A DNA stretch of 63,427 nucleotides, filler included, from Vannella sp. (lineage: Eukaryota), in NCBI GenBank assembly GCA_023345925.1. It is 9 parts of 9 records of this genome, joined end to end, with 100 filler letters (N's around TTAATTAATTAA, not from the genome) between each part and the next. Parts side by side here need not be neighbours in the genome. Positions count along the whole stretch, not along the records: positions 37,649 to 44,931 come from JAJQQN010000995.1; positions 45,032 to 51,845 come from JAJQQN010001184.1; positions 51,946 to 57,202 come from JAJQQN010001294.1; 6 more parts are not named here. The stretch is one strand, 5' to 3'. The first letter of the stretch is position 1; the number at the start of each line of letters is the position of its first letter. Below the pieces are notes generated by a model. That model saw only the letters and a program-made list of their open reading frames with translations, had not been told where the DNA came from and made no database searches. Below, one piece after another: positions 44,490 through 53,241 of this stretch. The position numbers and the translations under genes are program-made.

Positions 44490-44625
44490 AGGACCAATCA
44501 TTGTCTTGATTCACACTCTGTCTGGACATCCGGATGGAATTCCAGCATCTAGATGTGAAAAACCACTTCCACAGCAGCCGCCTCAGTCATACTGTTCTTT
44601 AGGGAGTATCTTTTCCTTCCACAAG

Positions 44626-44931
44626 TCACAAAGATTGCTCTTCTGGAGTCAAAAGGAAGCGGGCATTCTTCTTTTTGCTGCGGATGGCCGAATGAGGGAG
44701 ATCGGGCTTGAGAGCAGAAGGCACGGGATAGGATTGATTGGTTGTGTGGCCAAGTCCAAGTTGTCCAAAGTCATTGTGCCCGAAGACCAGTAGGCCGCCT
44801 TCCTGTGGGAATGCCAAAGAATGGACCCTTCCCGAAACCAAGGAGATTATTCCCTTCAACGAAGGTACCAGAGCGGGCTGTAGCACATTGGAAGTGTTGC
44901 CTGTCCCTAATTGTCCATATTCACCCAATCC
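44626..44931 (-). CDS. RCC1-repeat family protein, C-terminal part (truncated by the contig end)
   Basis: GQLGTG, HSLAF and FGHNDFGQLGLGH, with tail RSKKKNARFL. Confidence 0.85.
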   Translation of the reverse strand, partial: GLGEYGQLGTGNTSNVLQPALVPSLKGIISLVSGRVHSLAFPQEGGLLVFGHNDFGQLGLGHTTNQSYPVPSALKPDLPHSAIRSKKKNARFLLTPEEQSL

Positions 44932-45031
44932 NNNNNNNNNNNNNNNNNNNNNNNNNNNNNNNNNNNNNNNNNNNNTTAATTAATTAANNNNNNNNNNNNN
45001 NNNNNNNNNNNNNNNNNNNNNNNNNNNNNNN
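44932..45031. other. Artificial contig linker
   Basis: N-run + TTAATTAATTAA + N-run. Confidence 0.98.
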
Positions 45032-45477
45032 TTCAGTACTGAGGCCATCACCTCCTGAAATTCCCACCGTCCAATACAGTCAACTTACTCACACGGGAGC
45101 CATTTGACTGCCACCTTATGCCCTGTCTGCACAAGCGCTCCAGGCCCCGAAGAACTCTCCTGTTGAAGTTGCTCAGGTAACCTGGGAACTCCTCCAGTTT
45201 GCACGTATTGACCGGGCCAAGCTGCCCTTCCATGAGTAATCTAACAAAGACAAAAAGGTGACCGAAGAAAGTTAGGTTGCCACCTTTCTCAGCCATGTTG
45301 GTATTTTCGGCTGCTCAGAGTCCACTTTGTAGCTGTAATCACAAAGTAGACCAGAATAAGGCCAAGAGACATCCTCTGAGCCTGGTTAGATGTTTAATAC
45401 ATCCACTGGAAAGGAGGAGGTGCCCCCACCAATGAAGATTCATAAATCATACCCTCAAATGGGTTCTCATCGCACAA

Positions 45478-45534
45478 CCGGACGGAGTCCTTCTTTGCAG
45501 AGAGTTCTCCGGACGGAGTCCTTCTTTGCAGAGA
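45478..45534 (+). repeat. Exact 26-nt direct repeat x2 (period 31)
   Basis: CCGGACGGAGTCCTTCTTTGCAGAGA at 45478 and 45509. Confidence 0.9.
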
Positions 45535-45690
45535 AGCCAGTTGCAAGTTCAAGCCAAATCTGAATTCTCGGACACCCTTCAGAACCCCCTTCTAGCAGAA
45601 AAGAGCGCTACAAGAGACAAGCCAATTACCCGAATTTGGGAAGAAGGGAACAAGGGAAGTGAGGGGACCGAGCTCCGATCAGTTTTCGCC

Positions 45691-48600
45691 ATGCCCGTGC
45701 GAGCGGCACGCCAGATCCTCTGCGTGGATGCGAATAACTACGGATCGTCTTACTTTGCTAAACCGACGAGCGGTACGCTCTGGCCAACGATCACAGAGAT
45801 CCGTGAGCGCGTCCACAACTTCGTTGTGGCCGCGGAGAAGAAAGACTTCCAGCTCCTTGTTTTCTTCGACGAGTGTAGAGCCAGCCCTGAGGCTGATCAG
45901 AAACAAGCTACTCGTCAGTGTTTGAGTATTACTGATCGCAAACGAGGTGTTCCCCCTTCTATGGGGCGGCTCTTGGGGGAAATGTTCCTCCTCGAGAACG
46001 TGGCTGCTTACCTGTGCACGGAGGATGACTGTGATGATGTAGTAGCCTCTTACGCGTTCCACTTTAACGGTTACATCCTCAGTAGGGACAAGGACATGTT
46101 CCGGTACCGAAATAGCAACGTTTCGATCTTCGAGAGTTTCCGCATCGATCCCTTGACGGGCCTCGAGCTTGTGCCTCACCGACAGAGTGGAAAGAGCTTC
46201 CAACATGAGGAACCTAGAACTGTTATCAGCCCGCCTCCCCATTGCGTCCCCGCAGTCCTCTCTCAGTCAAGGTGGAGGTTTGACGGGTTCATATGGGGAC
46301 ATCCGTCTCCCTTGACGAGAGACCTTGGCAACATACACACGACGATCAGACCACTGCGACAGGCTCTCTGTGCGTACTTGAGGATGGATCCACTCAACGA
46401 GTCTGTTCCTGAGTGGAACGAGGCGACTCAAACCTCTGAGATCGTGGTCACGGAGATCCGCCCTGATCCTGCTTTGATCCCTCTCTTGTCTTCTCCCAAA
46501 CAGGCGATGGATCACTTCTTCAAGGACCAGCAGATGCCAGAGAACGTCGCAATGGACTCTTGGAAGAATCACTTGTTCGCACAACGCCTTCTTGTTACCA
46601 AGCTGGTTGCCTTGTACACTAACCAGAGCTGGCTCAGCTTGATTGAAGGGCCTCTGCTTGATTCTGTGGAGGTACTCGAAGAGTCACAGCTTTCCCTGTT
46701 TGCAGAAGAGACTCTCGAGAATTTGAAAGATATCTTCGCGGCTCGCAACTTGGCTGAGGCGAGAGCCATCGCTGAAGAGGGCGAGATCTCTGTTGTGCCA
46801 GCAGTGGAACAGCTTTCTGGCGTCCTTCCCATTCTTGAGCATCGCAAGAAGATCTTGGAAGCGGTAAAGAAGCTGCCCATCGTTATCATTCATGGTGAAA
46901 CGGGCTGTGGAAAGAGCTCTCAAGTTCCACAGTTTCTCCTTACGAGAAAGGCTAATATCATTGTCTCTCAGCCGCGCCGTATTGCTGCAGTCTCTTTGGC
47001 AACCCGTGTTGCCGCTGAGCGCGGAGAACCAATTGGCAAGTCAGTAGGATATTGCATTGGCCAAGACACTGAGTCCTCTCGACGAACCAATCTGCTATTT
47101 ACAACAACAGGATGGCTCTTGCGCAAGATTCTTCACAACAAGAAGTACTTTGACAGTCTCTCTCACATCATCTTGGACGAGATCCACGAGCGATCTCTGG
47201 ATGGTGATCTCCTGAACGTGGTGATCAGAGAGTATCTCGATTTCAACAGAAAAGAGAAGAAGCGCTCTCCAAAGCTGGTTCTGATGTCTGCTACTTTCGA
47301 TGCAGATCTCTTCTCAAAGTACTACGGGGAGCTGAAACTTACACCTGAGCTCCCTCCTACACTGTTCGTTGGTGTCAAACGGTTCCCTGTTGAGATCTTT
47401 CATCTGAATGAACTGGGAAGGGCAACAGTACTGAAAGGAGTACCTCGAGCATTGTTTAATCGTGGAGCCAGCAATCGCCATTGTGGAGAAATGACAGACC
47501 TGGTGTTGTCTATGACAAAGTCTTTGGTAGAGGCCCATGTGGATGATGTAGCGGGTAACTGCGTCCTCATTTTCCTTCCAGGCATTAACGAGATCGACGA
47601 CTTGTACGATCGTCTCCAGACCAGCCTTGGAGAAGCCGAGTTATCAGGCCAAATTGAGATCATTGTGTTGCATTCTTCCATCCAGCAGGACGAGCAAATG
47701 CATTGCTTTGATCCAATTACTGCTGGTACAACTCGCATTGTTCTCTCGACCAATATCGCTGAGTCCTCTGTGACCATTCCTCAAGTCCGTTACATTATCG
47801 ACTTAGGGTTGTTGAAGAATGTTCAATACCAACCTCAGGCCCGATTGACCCAGCTCTGTTGTCTGTGGATCTCTCAAGCTGCTGCAAAGCAGCGAAGTGG
47901 CCGTTGTGGTCGCCTTTTCCCGGGAACTACCTTCAGACTGTATCCTTCTGACTTTTTCGAGCTCATGGACGACTTTGAAGTGCCTGAGATGCTCCGATTA
48001 TCATTGGCCAACATCGTCTTGCAGTTGAAAGTGATTGAAGAGTCTTCAATTTTTGAGTTGTTGGACGCCAGAATGCTTCTTAAAAGATCTCTCCAGCCAC
48101 CGACGGATATGGCTATCGATGCCGCTGTCCATACGCTCTGTTCTGCGGGAGCGCTGATGGTCAATGGAGAAGAAGACATAGACACCTCGTCTCTGACCAA
48201 TCTTGGACGATTCATGGCAGCTTTACCATTTGACTTCGAGTACAGTAGATTGGTAGCGCTTGGAGCCCGCTCCGGAAGGTACTTGGTCCATACCATTGTA
48301 ATTGCTTGTGGCCTGGGCCTTCCTGATCTCTTCGTCATCCCCAGTCGTTATCACATGAGCTTCCCTGAGCTACTCACATGCCACTATGGGGTGCAGAAAG
48401 GCAAATCTAAGTTTGAGGAAAACTTCTCCGACCTCTTCACGATCTTGGGCGTGTTCAAAGCGAGTCTAGATGAGCGCAACAATCTGGCAACTAAGAGCCT
48501 GAACATGCACCGAGTTCGGCAGCTTTATCGAGACGCAGCAGAGGTGACAAAGAGACTGCAACCGCTATTGCCCCGGCACGCAAAGTACACGAGCTTCTTC

Positions 48601-50832
48601 AAAAAGAGCAGTAGCGAGCAGCGCAAAACCTTTTTCATGGAGCCAGAAGATTTGGATTTCCTCCGCATGATGATTGCTCAAGCCTTTGGCATCGACGGTC
48701 TGGCAACCACTTCTGTGCGCGCAAAGAAGGAGTTGCCATTATCTCCTAATCTCCCTCTCAATTCGAAGCAAGTGGATGTACCTCATACGGTCCTTATCTC
48801 CAAGATTCCAGTTCCTCTGGCGAATGCCAAAGCATTCAAGGAGGCATTCCCTCCAATTCGTGAGCAAATCAACAACTTTCTGGTTGGAAATGTTGTCACT
48901 GAGGTCAAAGTGAACCCAAAGAAGAGCGGATCTGGCCAAGGTCCAGACGTAGTCTGTCTGGCCCTCCCAACTACCTCTGTGGCGATTGAATTCGCGTGGG
49001 ACGCCAACTGGCCAACGGTAGATGGCATTATGAGACAGCCCTTTGGAATGGCCACTCTCAAGGCGATGCATTTCAGAGGCGTTTACCAAATCCCTCAAAA
49101 CGCGACCGCAAATGCTGTTTACTCTATGGAAGGTTTGTCAACCAGCGCTTCTATTAAGTGGACCTATCGCCACATTTATCAAATGACATCTGGCTCGTCT
49201 GTCCTTGATAAGCTCCTTGCCTCAGCAGATCTCGACGGGCAACATCTGTGTGCTATTGCAGCAAACGTCTCTTTGTCCGGAGCTGAAGCGCAAGTTCCTT
49301 CTGCACGATCGTCCTTTATGACTTTATTACCCTCTGATAATGGCCTATTGCAGTTCTGCTGCTTAGAGATCTTCAAACTCGCTCCTGTATCAAATGGAGA
49401 CGTTGTTCGCGGCTGTCAGTTCGGACCTTTGGCCTCAACCTCTAAGTCCAAGGGCAAGAAAGCAAAGAAGTCAACCTCCATCTCATTCTCTTCTCCAATC
49501 ACTGCAGATGCTATCGAAAGTCAGGAATGGAAATCTTTTTCTACTTCTGCAGAGACCGTTTTGGCTAGTGATATCTTTGGACCACCTTCTTCTGGCTACA
49601 CTAATTGGGCACTGAGGAATGCTCTTCAAGTTACCGGATTGGCAACTGCGCTCCCTTACAAAGGGCGTTCCACCGAAGCTAAGCGTGGGAAGGATTCCAG
49701 TGAGCGACAGTATGCAATCCTTAAAAGAGAAGGTGAAACTGAGCAGTCCCGAGGTGAACTTTGGAAGCAAAAGTTAACGAGACCAGTGACTCCCACCATT
49801 GCAGTAGAAGGTAGAAATTTCGGAGCGGAGGAGGAGATATCTTATGATGCGACTGTTGGACCTAAGAAGTGGAGTAAGGTTTCCGCACAAAAAGCAAAGG
49901 ATCCACAAGAACACCGACCAGCCACCAATGCAGTTGGACTCTCAGACCAAGTCTCAAAGAGTAAGAAGCCAGTGAAGGCAAAGGAGACCAATCCCCCAAA
50001 AGTGAAGGCAAAGGAGACCAATCCTCCAAAAGTGAAAGCGAAAGAGACCAATCCTCCAAAAGTGAAGGCAAAGGAGACCAATCCTTCAAAAGTGAAAGAG
50101 ACGGCTACCCCTAAAGCCTCAGAGAAGGTCAATCCATCAAAAGGTCAGACAAAGAACGACAATGGACAGCGACTAGCCCAGACCGCCGTTTCCACAGCTG
50201 CAGCTTTGCCAGCAAATCCAGCAAAGAAGGAAAAACCAACACCAAAGGTTCAGCAAATGAACGATGGAGTCCAGCAGCTCGGCATCTTAGTTAGTAAACA
50301 GCAGCTCAGCCTTGAAAACGCTCAGACTTTTGCAATCTGGAAGTCAAAATGCAGACTCGCCCAAGTCCGCTTCTCTATGGTACTCGAAGAGAAAGGAGGA
50401 AACCCCTCAAACCTACTGAAGGCCACTTTCGTCCACAAAGCTAATCCTGGGAAGGACATTTCAGCAGAGATTCTCCCTAAGACGAAGATGGACGATATCC
50501 GACTTCAAAGTGTGATGATTTCTCGATATTTCAAGAAGTTTCCCCTCGAAATCGATCCTACTGACTTTGAATACTCTCCCGAACAATGGGTTTGGCTAGC
50601 CAGTGCCATTGTGTTACGGGCCCATTCCAATTCTACTAGTTACCCTAATTTGGTTACTTGCTCTTCGAGACTTCTTGGCGCGAGTATCTTTAGAATGGCT
50701 ACCAGTAAGAAGCCTTTCCGAATAGTTCTAACTGAAGGGGGCCCTGCTTTCGCTTTCTCTGGCTCAAACCAAGTGACTTTGGTGAACAACTTAATGTCAG
50801 ATTGGCTCAGCAATACTCTTTCAACATATTAG
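45691..50832 (+). CDS. PIN-like (FEN/Asteroid) nuclease fused to a DExH-box (Spindle-E/TDRD9-like) RNA helicase, intronless
   Basis: Acidic PIN motifs CVDANN, VFFDE, EDDCDD and ILSRDKDMF; helicase GETGCGKSS, QPRRIAA, DEIH, MSAT, STNIAESSVT, QRSGRCGR and HA2. First in-frame ATG at 45691. Confidence 0.88.
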   Translation: MPVRAARQILCVDANNYGSSYFAKPTSGTLWPTITEIRERVHNFVVAAEKKDFQLLVFFDECRASPEADQKQATRQCLSITDRKRGVPPSMGRLLGEMFLLENVAAYLCTEDDCDDVVASYAFHFNGYILSRDKDMFRYRNSNVSIFESFRIDPLTGLELVPHRQSGKSFQHEEPRTVISPPPHCVPAVLSQSRWRFDGFIWGHPSPLTRDLGNIHTTIRPLRQALCAYLRMDPLNESVPEWNEATQTSEIVVTEIRPDPALIPLLSSPKQAMDHFFKDQQMPENVAMDSWKNHLFAQRLLVTKLVALYTNQSWLSLIEGPLLDSVEVLEESQLSLFAEETLENLKDIFAARNLAEARAIAEEGEISVVPAVEQLSGVLPILEHRKKILEAVKKLPIVIIHGETGCGKSSQVPQFLLTRKANIIVSQPRRIAAVSLATRVAAERGEPIGKSVGYCIGQDTESSRRTNLLFTTTGWLLRKILHNKKYFDSLSHIILDEIHERSLDGDLLNVVIREYLDFNRKEKKRSPKLVLMSATFDADLFSKYYGELKLTPELPPTLFVGVKRFPVEIFHLNELGRATVLKGVPRALFNRGASNRHCGEMTDLVLSMTKSLVEAHVDDVAGNCVLIFLPGINEIDDLYDRLQTSLGEAELSGQIEIIVLHSSIQQDEQMHCFDPITAGTTRIVLSTNIAESSVTIPQVRYIIDLGLLKNVQYQPQARLTQLCCLWISQAAAKQRSGRCGRLFPGTTFRLYPSDFFELMDDFEVPEMLRLSLANIVLQLKVIEESSIFELLDARMLLKRSLQPPTDMAIDAAVHTLCSAGALMVNGEEDIDTSSLTNLGRFMAALPFDFEYSRLVALGARSGRYLVHTIVIACGLGLPDLFVIPSRYHMSFPELLTCHYGVQKGKSKFEENFSDLFTILGVFKASLDERNNLATKSLNMHRVRQLYRDAAEVTKRLQPLLPRHAKYTSFFKKSSSEQRKTFFMEPEDLDFLRMMIAQAFGIDGLATTSVRAKKELPLSPNLPLNSKQVDVPHTVLISKIPVPLANAKAFKEAFPPIREQINNFLVGNVVTEVKVNPKKSGSGQGPDVVCLALPTTSVAIEFAWDANWPTVDGIMRQPFGMATLKAMHFRGVYQIPQNATANAVYSMEGLSTSASIKWTYRHIYQMTSGSSVLDKLLASADLDGQHLCAIAANVSLSGAEAQVPSARSSFMTLLPSDNGLLQFCCLEIFKLAPVSNGDVVRGCQFGPLASTSKSKGKKAKKSTSISFSSPITADAIESQEWKSFSTSAETVLASDIFGPPSSGYTNWALRNALQVTGLATALPYKGRSTEAKRGKDSSERQYAILKREGETEQSRGELWKQKLTRPVTPTIAVEGRNFGAEEEISYDATVGPKKWSKVSAQKAKDPQEHRPATNAVGLSDQVSKSKKPVKAKETNPPKVKAKETNPPKVKAKETNPPKVKAKETNPSKVKETATPKASEKVNPSKGQTKNDNGQRLAQTAVSTAAALPANPAKKEKPTPKVQQMNDGVQQLGILVSKQQLSLENAQTFAIWKSKCRLAQVRFSMVLEEKGGNPSNLLKATFVHKANPGKDISAEILPKTKMDDIRLQSVMISRYFKKFPLEIDPTDFEYSPEQWVWLASAIVLRAHSNSTSYPNLVTCSSRLLGASIFRMATSKKPFRIVLTEGGPAFAFSGSNQVTLVNNLMSDWLSNTLSTY
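49971..50097 (+). repeat. Coding 30-nt tandem repeat x4 (VKAKETNPPK)
   Basis: Units start at 49971, 50001, 50031 and 50061. Confidence 0.92.
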
Positions 50833-51250
50833 AGATCCAAATGACCCTGCCAAGGATCATAAGGAGAAACTCAGTCTTGGAAGAAATGCATGTTCTTGAT
50901 AAAACTGTCTTAGAGAAGTTGGTGGCTCCTATTAAACGAGTTTTTAGTCACATTCGAGCAGTCCTTCATGGTGATATCGTTGGTGACGTACTTTAGAGGA
51001 AGTGGTCATGAGCTCTGTCCCTACAAGAACGTCAGGACACACTTCAAAGACAAACGGAAACGAACCGAGTTCAGTGCTGACTCCAAGGGGAGATAAGCAG
51101 TCGGTTCGGATGGAACCTCGCCCATCAGCTCCCCTTCACTCAGCCTCTCCATCTCCTTCATCTTCAGCCCCCTGTTTGTTCCACCTGCCTTCGCCCTCAT
51201 TTTAACTCAGCCCTCTGAACCCGGCCCCCTCCTTTCCATCATTCATTGGA

Positions 51251-51845
51251 ATGCCCTTTGGCGCCTTCACGCTCCTCCTCTCCCTCGAAGGGGACCTTTT
51301 GGCTTTTGGACGCAACGGCCAAGGTCAACTCCGGTCTCGGTCACAAGAACTCCCAACCCACACCCGCAACAGTCCCCTGGAAGGGCCCGCAGCCGGTTCA
51401 GGTGGACTGGGGAGACGAACACTCCCTCGTCCTTGATGCGGAGGGCGGTGTGTGGCAGGCTGGTGACTCCCGCTTCTCTGCTTCACCTCTCACCTTCGAA
51501 CGAGTCCCAGAAGTACCTCCCATGGCCCTGGTGGCTGCTGGCAGGAAACACAGCGCTTCCCTTGACACCGAAGGCGGCCTTTGGGTGTGGGCGTGCGAAG
51601 AAGATCTCTCTTGGGCGCGTTCTCTTCCCCAACGAGTGAAAGGCCTCCCCCCAATCCTCAAGGTGGCTTGTGGCTGGAACATTCTCGTGGTAGAGGCGGA
51701 AGAAGGCCTCTGGGTGTTGGGCGACAACGAGGAAGGGCAACTGGGCCTCGGCCACACCAGCAGCGCCCTCCAACCGACTCTGATACAGGTAGAAGGGCGC
51801 TCTGAAGGACCTCTTCGATGCCTGGATGCCCTCTTTGTTGGTTTG
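51251..51845 (+). pseudogene. RCC1-repeat family gene with a +1 frameshift, 3'-truncated by the contig end
   Basis: MPFGAFTLLLSLEGDLLAFGRNGQGQL, then an extra C near 51331 shifts into GLGHKN...WGDEHSLVLD...GDNEEGQLGLGH. Confidence 0.8.
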
Positions 51846-51945
51846 NNNNNNNNNNNNNNNNNNNNNNNNNNNNNNNNNNNNNNNNNNNNTTAATTAATTA
51901 ANNNNNNNNNNNNNNNNNNNNNNNNNNNNNNNNNNNNNNNNNNNN
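51846..51945. other. Artificial contig linker
   Basis: N-run + TTAATTAATTAA + N-run. Confidence 0.98.
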
Positions 51946-52447
51946 CGAGGAGGCGGTCACCTGTCTCATTGTCGATGTTATTCCACTTAAGATCCATGGT
52001 TTGAAGGGCTTCGTTGGTTTTGATGGGCGTAGCGAAGTGTTCTCCCCCAGAGCTGAAGTTATTGAAGGACGCTATGAAGTGCTTGATAGTCTTATTGTAG
52101 TGAAGAGCTTCAGCAAGGGCCATGGCACCTTCTGGACCAATCTCGTTCCAACGGAGTGACAGATAGGTCAGAGACTCGTTGTAGCAGAGACCCTGGGCTA
52201 TCTGACGTGCCCCTTCATCGCCTATATGCAATTGATCAAGAGAAAGAGCCTTCAGCGTCTTCGTCTCCGCAAGGGCGAACGCCAAAGCCTGGGAATCATC
52301 ATTGGATAGCTCAAAGCCGAGCACGCGCATCTCCGTGACACTTGGGTCCTGTGATACTACCCGCTGCAACATCGCACCAAGACTCTCCAAAGTCACATAA
52401 GTCTCCACAATGTTGTCCTTCCTCCCGGCAATGAGGCTGCGCTCCAT
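51946..52447 (-). CDS. Ribonuclease-inhibitor-type LRR protein, N-terminal part
   Basis: 28-aa repeats such as NESLTYLSLRWNEIGPEGAMALAEAL. Confidence 0.85.
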
Positions 52448-52542
52448 CTGAACCCTTCAAATAATACCAACAAACCAAAAGACTTATTTACACATAGTTT
52501 ATATGACGATTGAAGAGATTTGAGAGGGAAACCAGGAAAAGT

Positions 52543-52552
52543 GGCGGGAAAA
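52543..52552 (+). promoter_or_regulatory. E2F-type site upstream of the Nnf1-like gene
   Basis: GGCGGGAAAA about 25 nt upstream of ATG 52576. Confidence 0.55.
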
Positions 52553-52575
52553 GAGAAAAGGGTCATTTGGTGGGC

Positions 52576-53206
52576 ATGCAAGAGAACGGGCCTCGTATTT
52601 CGAAGTTATGCAAGGCATTGGAGAAAGCAGTTGAGTTGACATCAAAGCCACTGCCTAAGGAGGAGTTCTTGAGGTTGTTTGGTTGGTCACTGTCACAGCA
52701 GGAGCGAGAACTCCTGGGTGGAGCCTACGATGAGATGCATCAACAGCTTTTGACTCGAGTAGAGGTATGTTGTGTCGTTTGAATGTCATAAGAGCTCGTC
52801 TCATGGCTCTCAGGAGGATGTGTCGGACATTTGTCAAGAGAACCGAGTCGCCGAACTCCTCAACATGCTGGACCAACTGTCTGTGGAGGACAAGATACTG
52901 CGATCCCTTGGGATTGAGGACATGGTTGCTGATACTTCACCTTACGCACAAGTCCAACAAGCTTCAATGGAGATAAAGCGCCAAGAGCTCCGTTGGTTAC
53001 AGAATACTCTCAAGGAGGAGGTCAAAGCAGGCGAACTACTGCGCGAACAAGCTTCTCACAAGCAACATGAACTATCTTCCATCCTTGAGAAGCTCAACCA
53101 ACTCTCCCACTCCTTCACCGAAGGCACAATCGGACTCCGTGCCCAAGTCCAAGGGGATAACGGTGACACAGGGGACGCACGGATGGAGCAGCCTGCTCTT
53201 TTGTAA
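52576..53206 (+). CDS. Nnf1/PMF1-like (Mis12 complex) kinetochore protein
   Basis: R..L...L.K......EEF...F then EDVSDICQENRVAELLNMLDQL and a C-terminal coiled coil. One GT-AG intron. Confidence 0.6.
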
Positions 53207-53241
53207 CATAAACTGGTCATTCTTTGCTTCCCACTCGGCAG

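Noticed and set aside
45032..45440. Minus-strand TM + kinase remnant (…GHKVAVKWLP)
   Set aside because: Only a short VAVK-like match across broken frames at a contig end; too weak to call.
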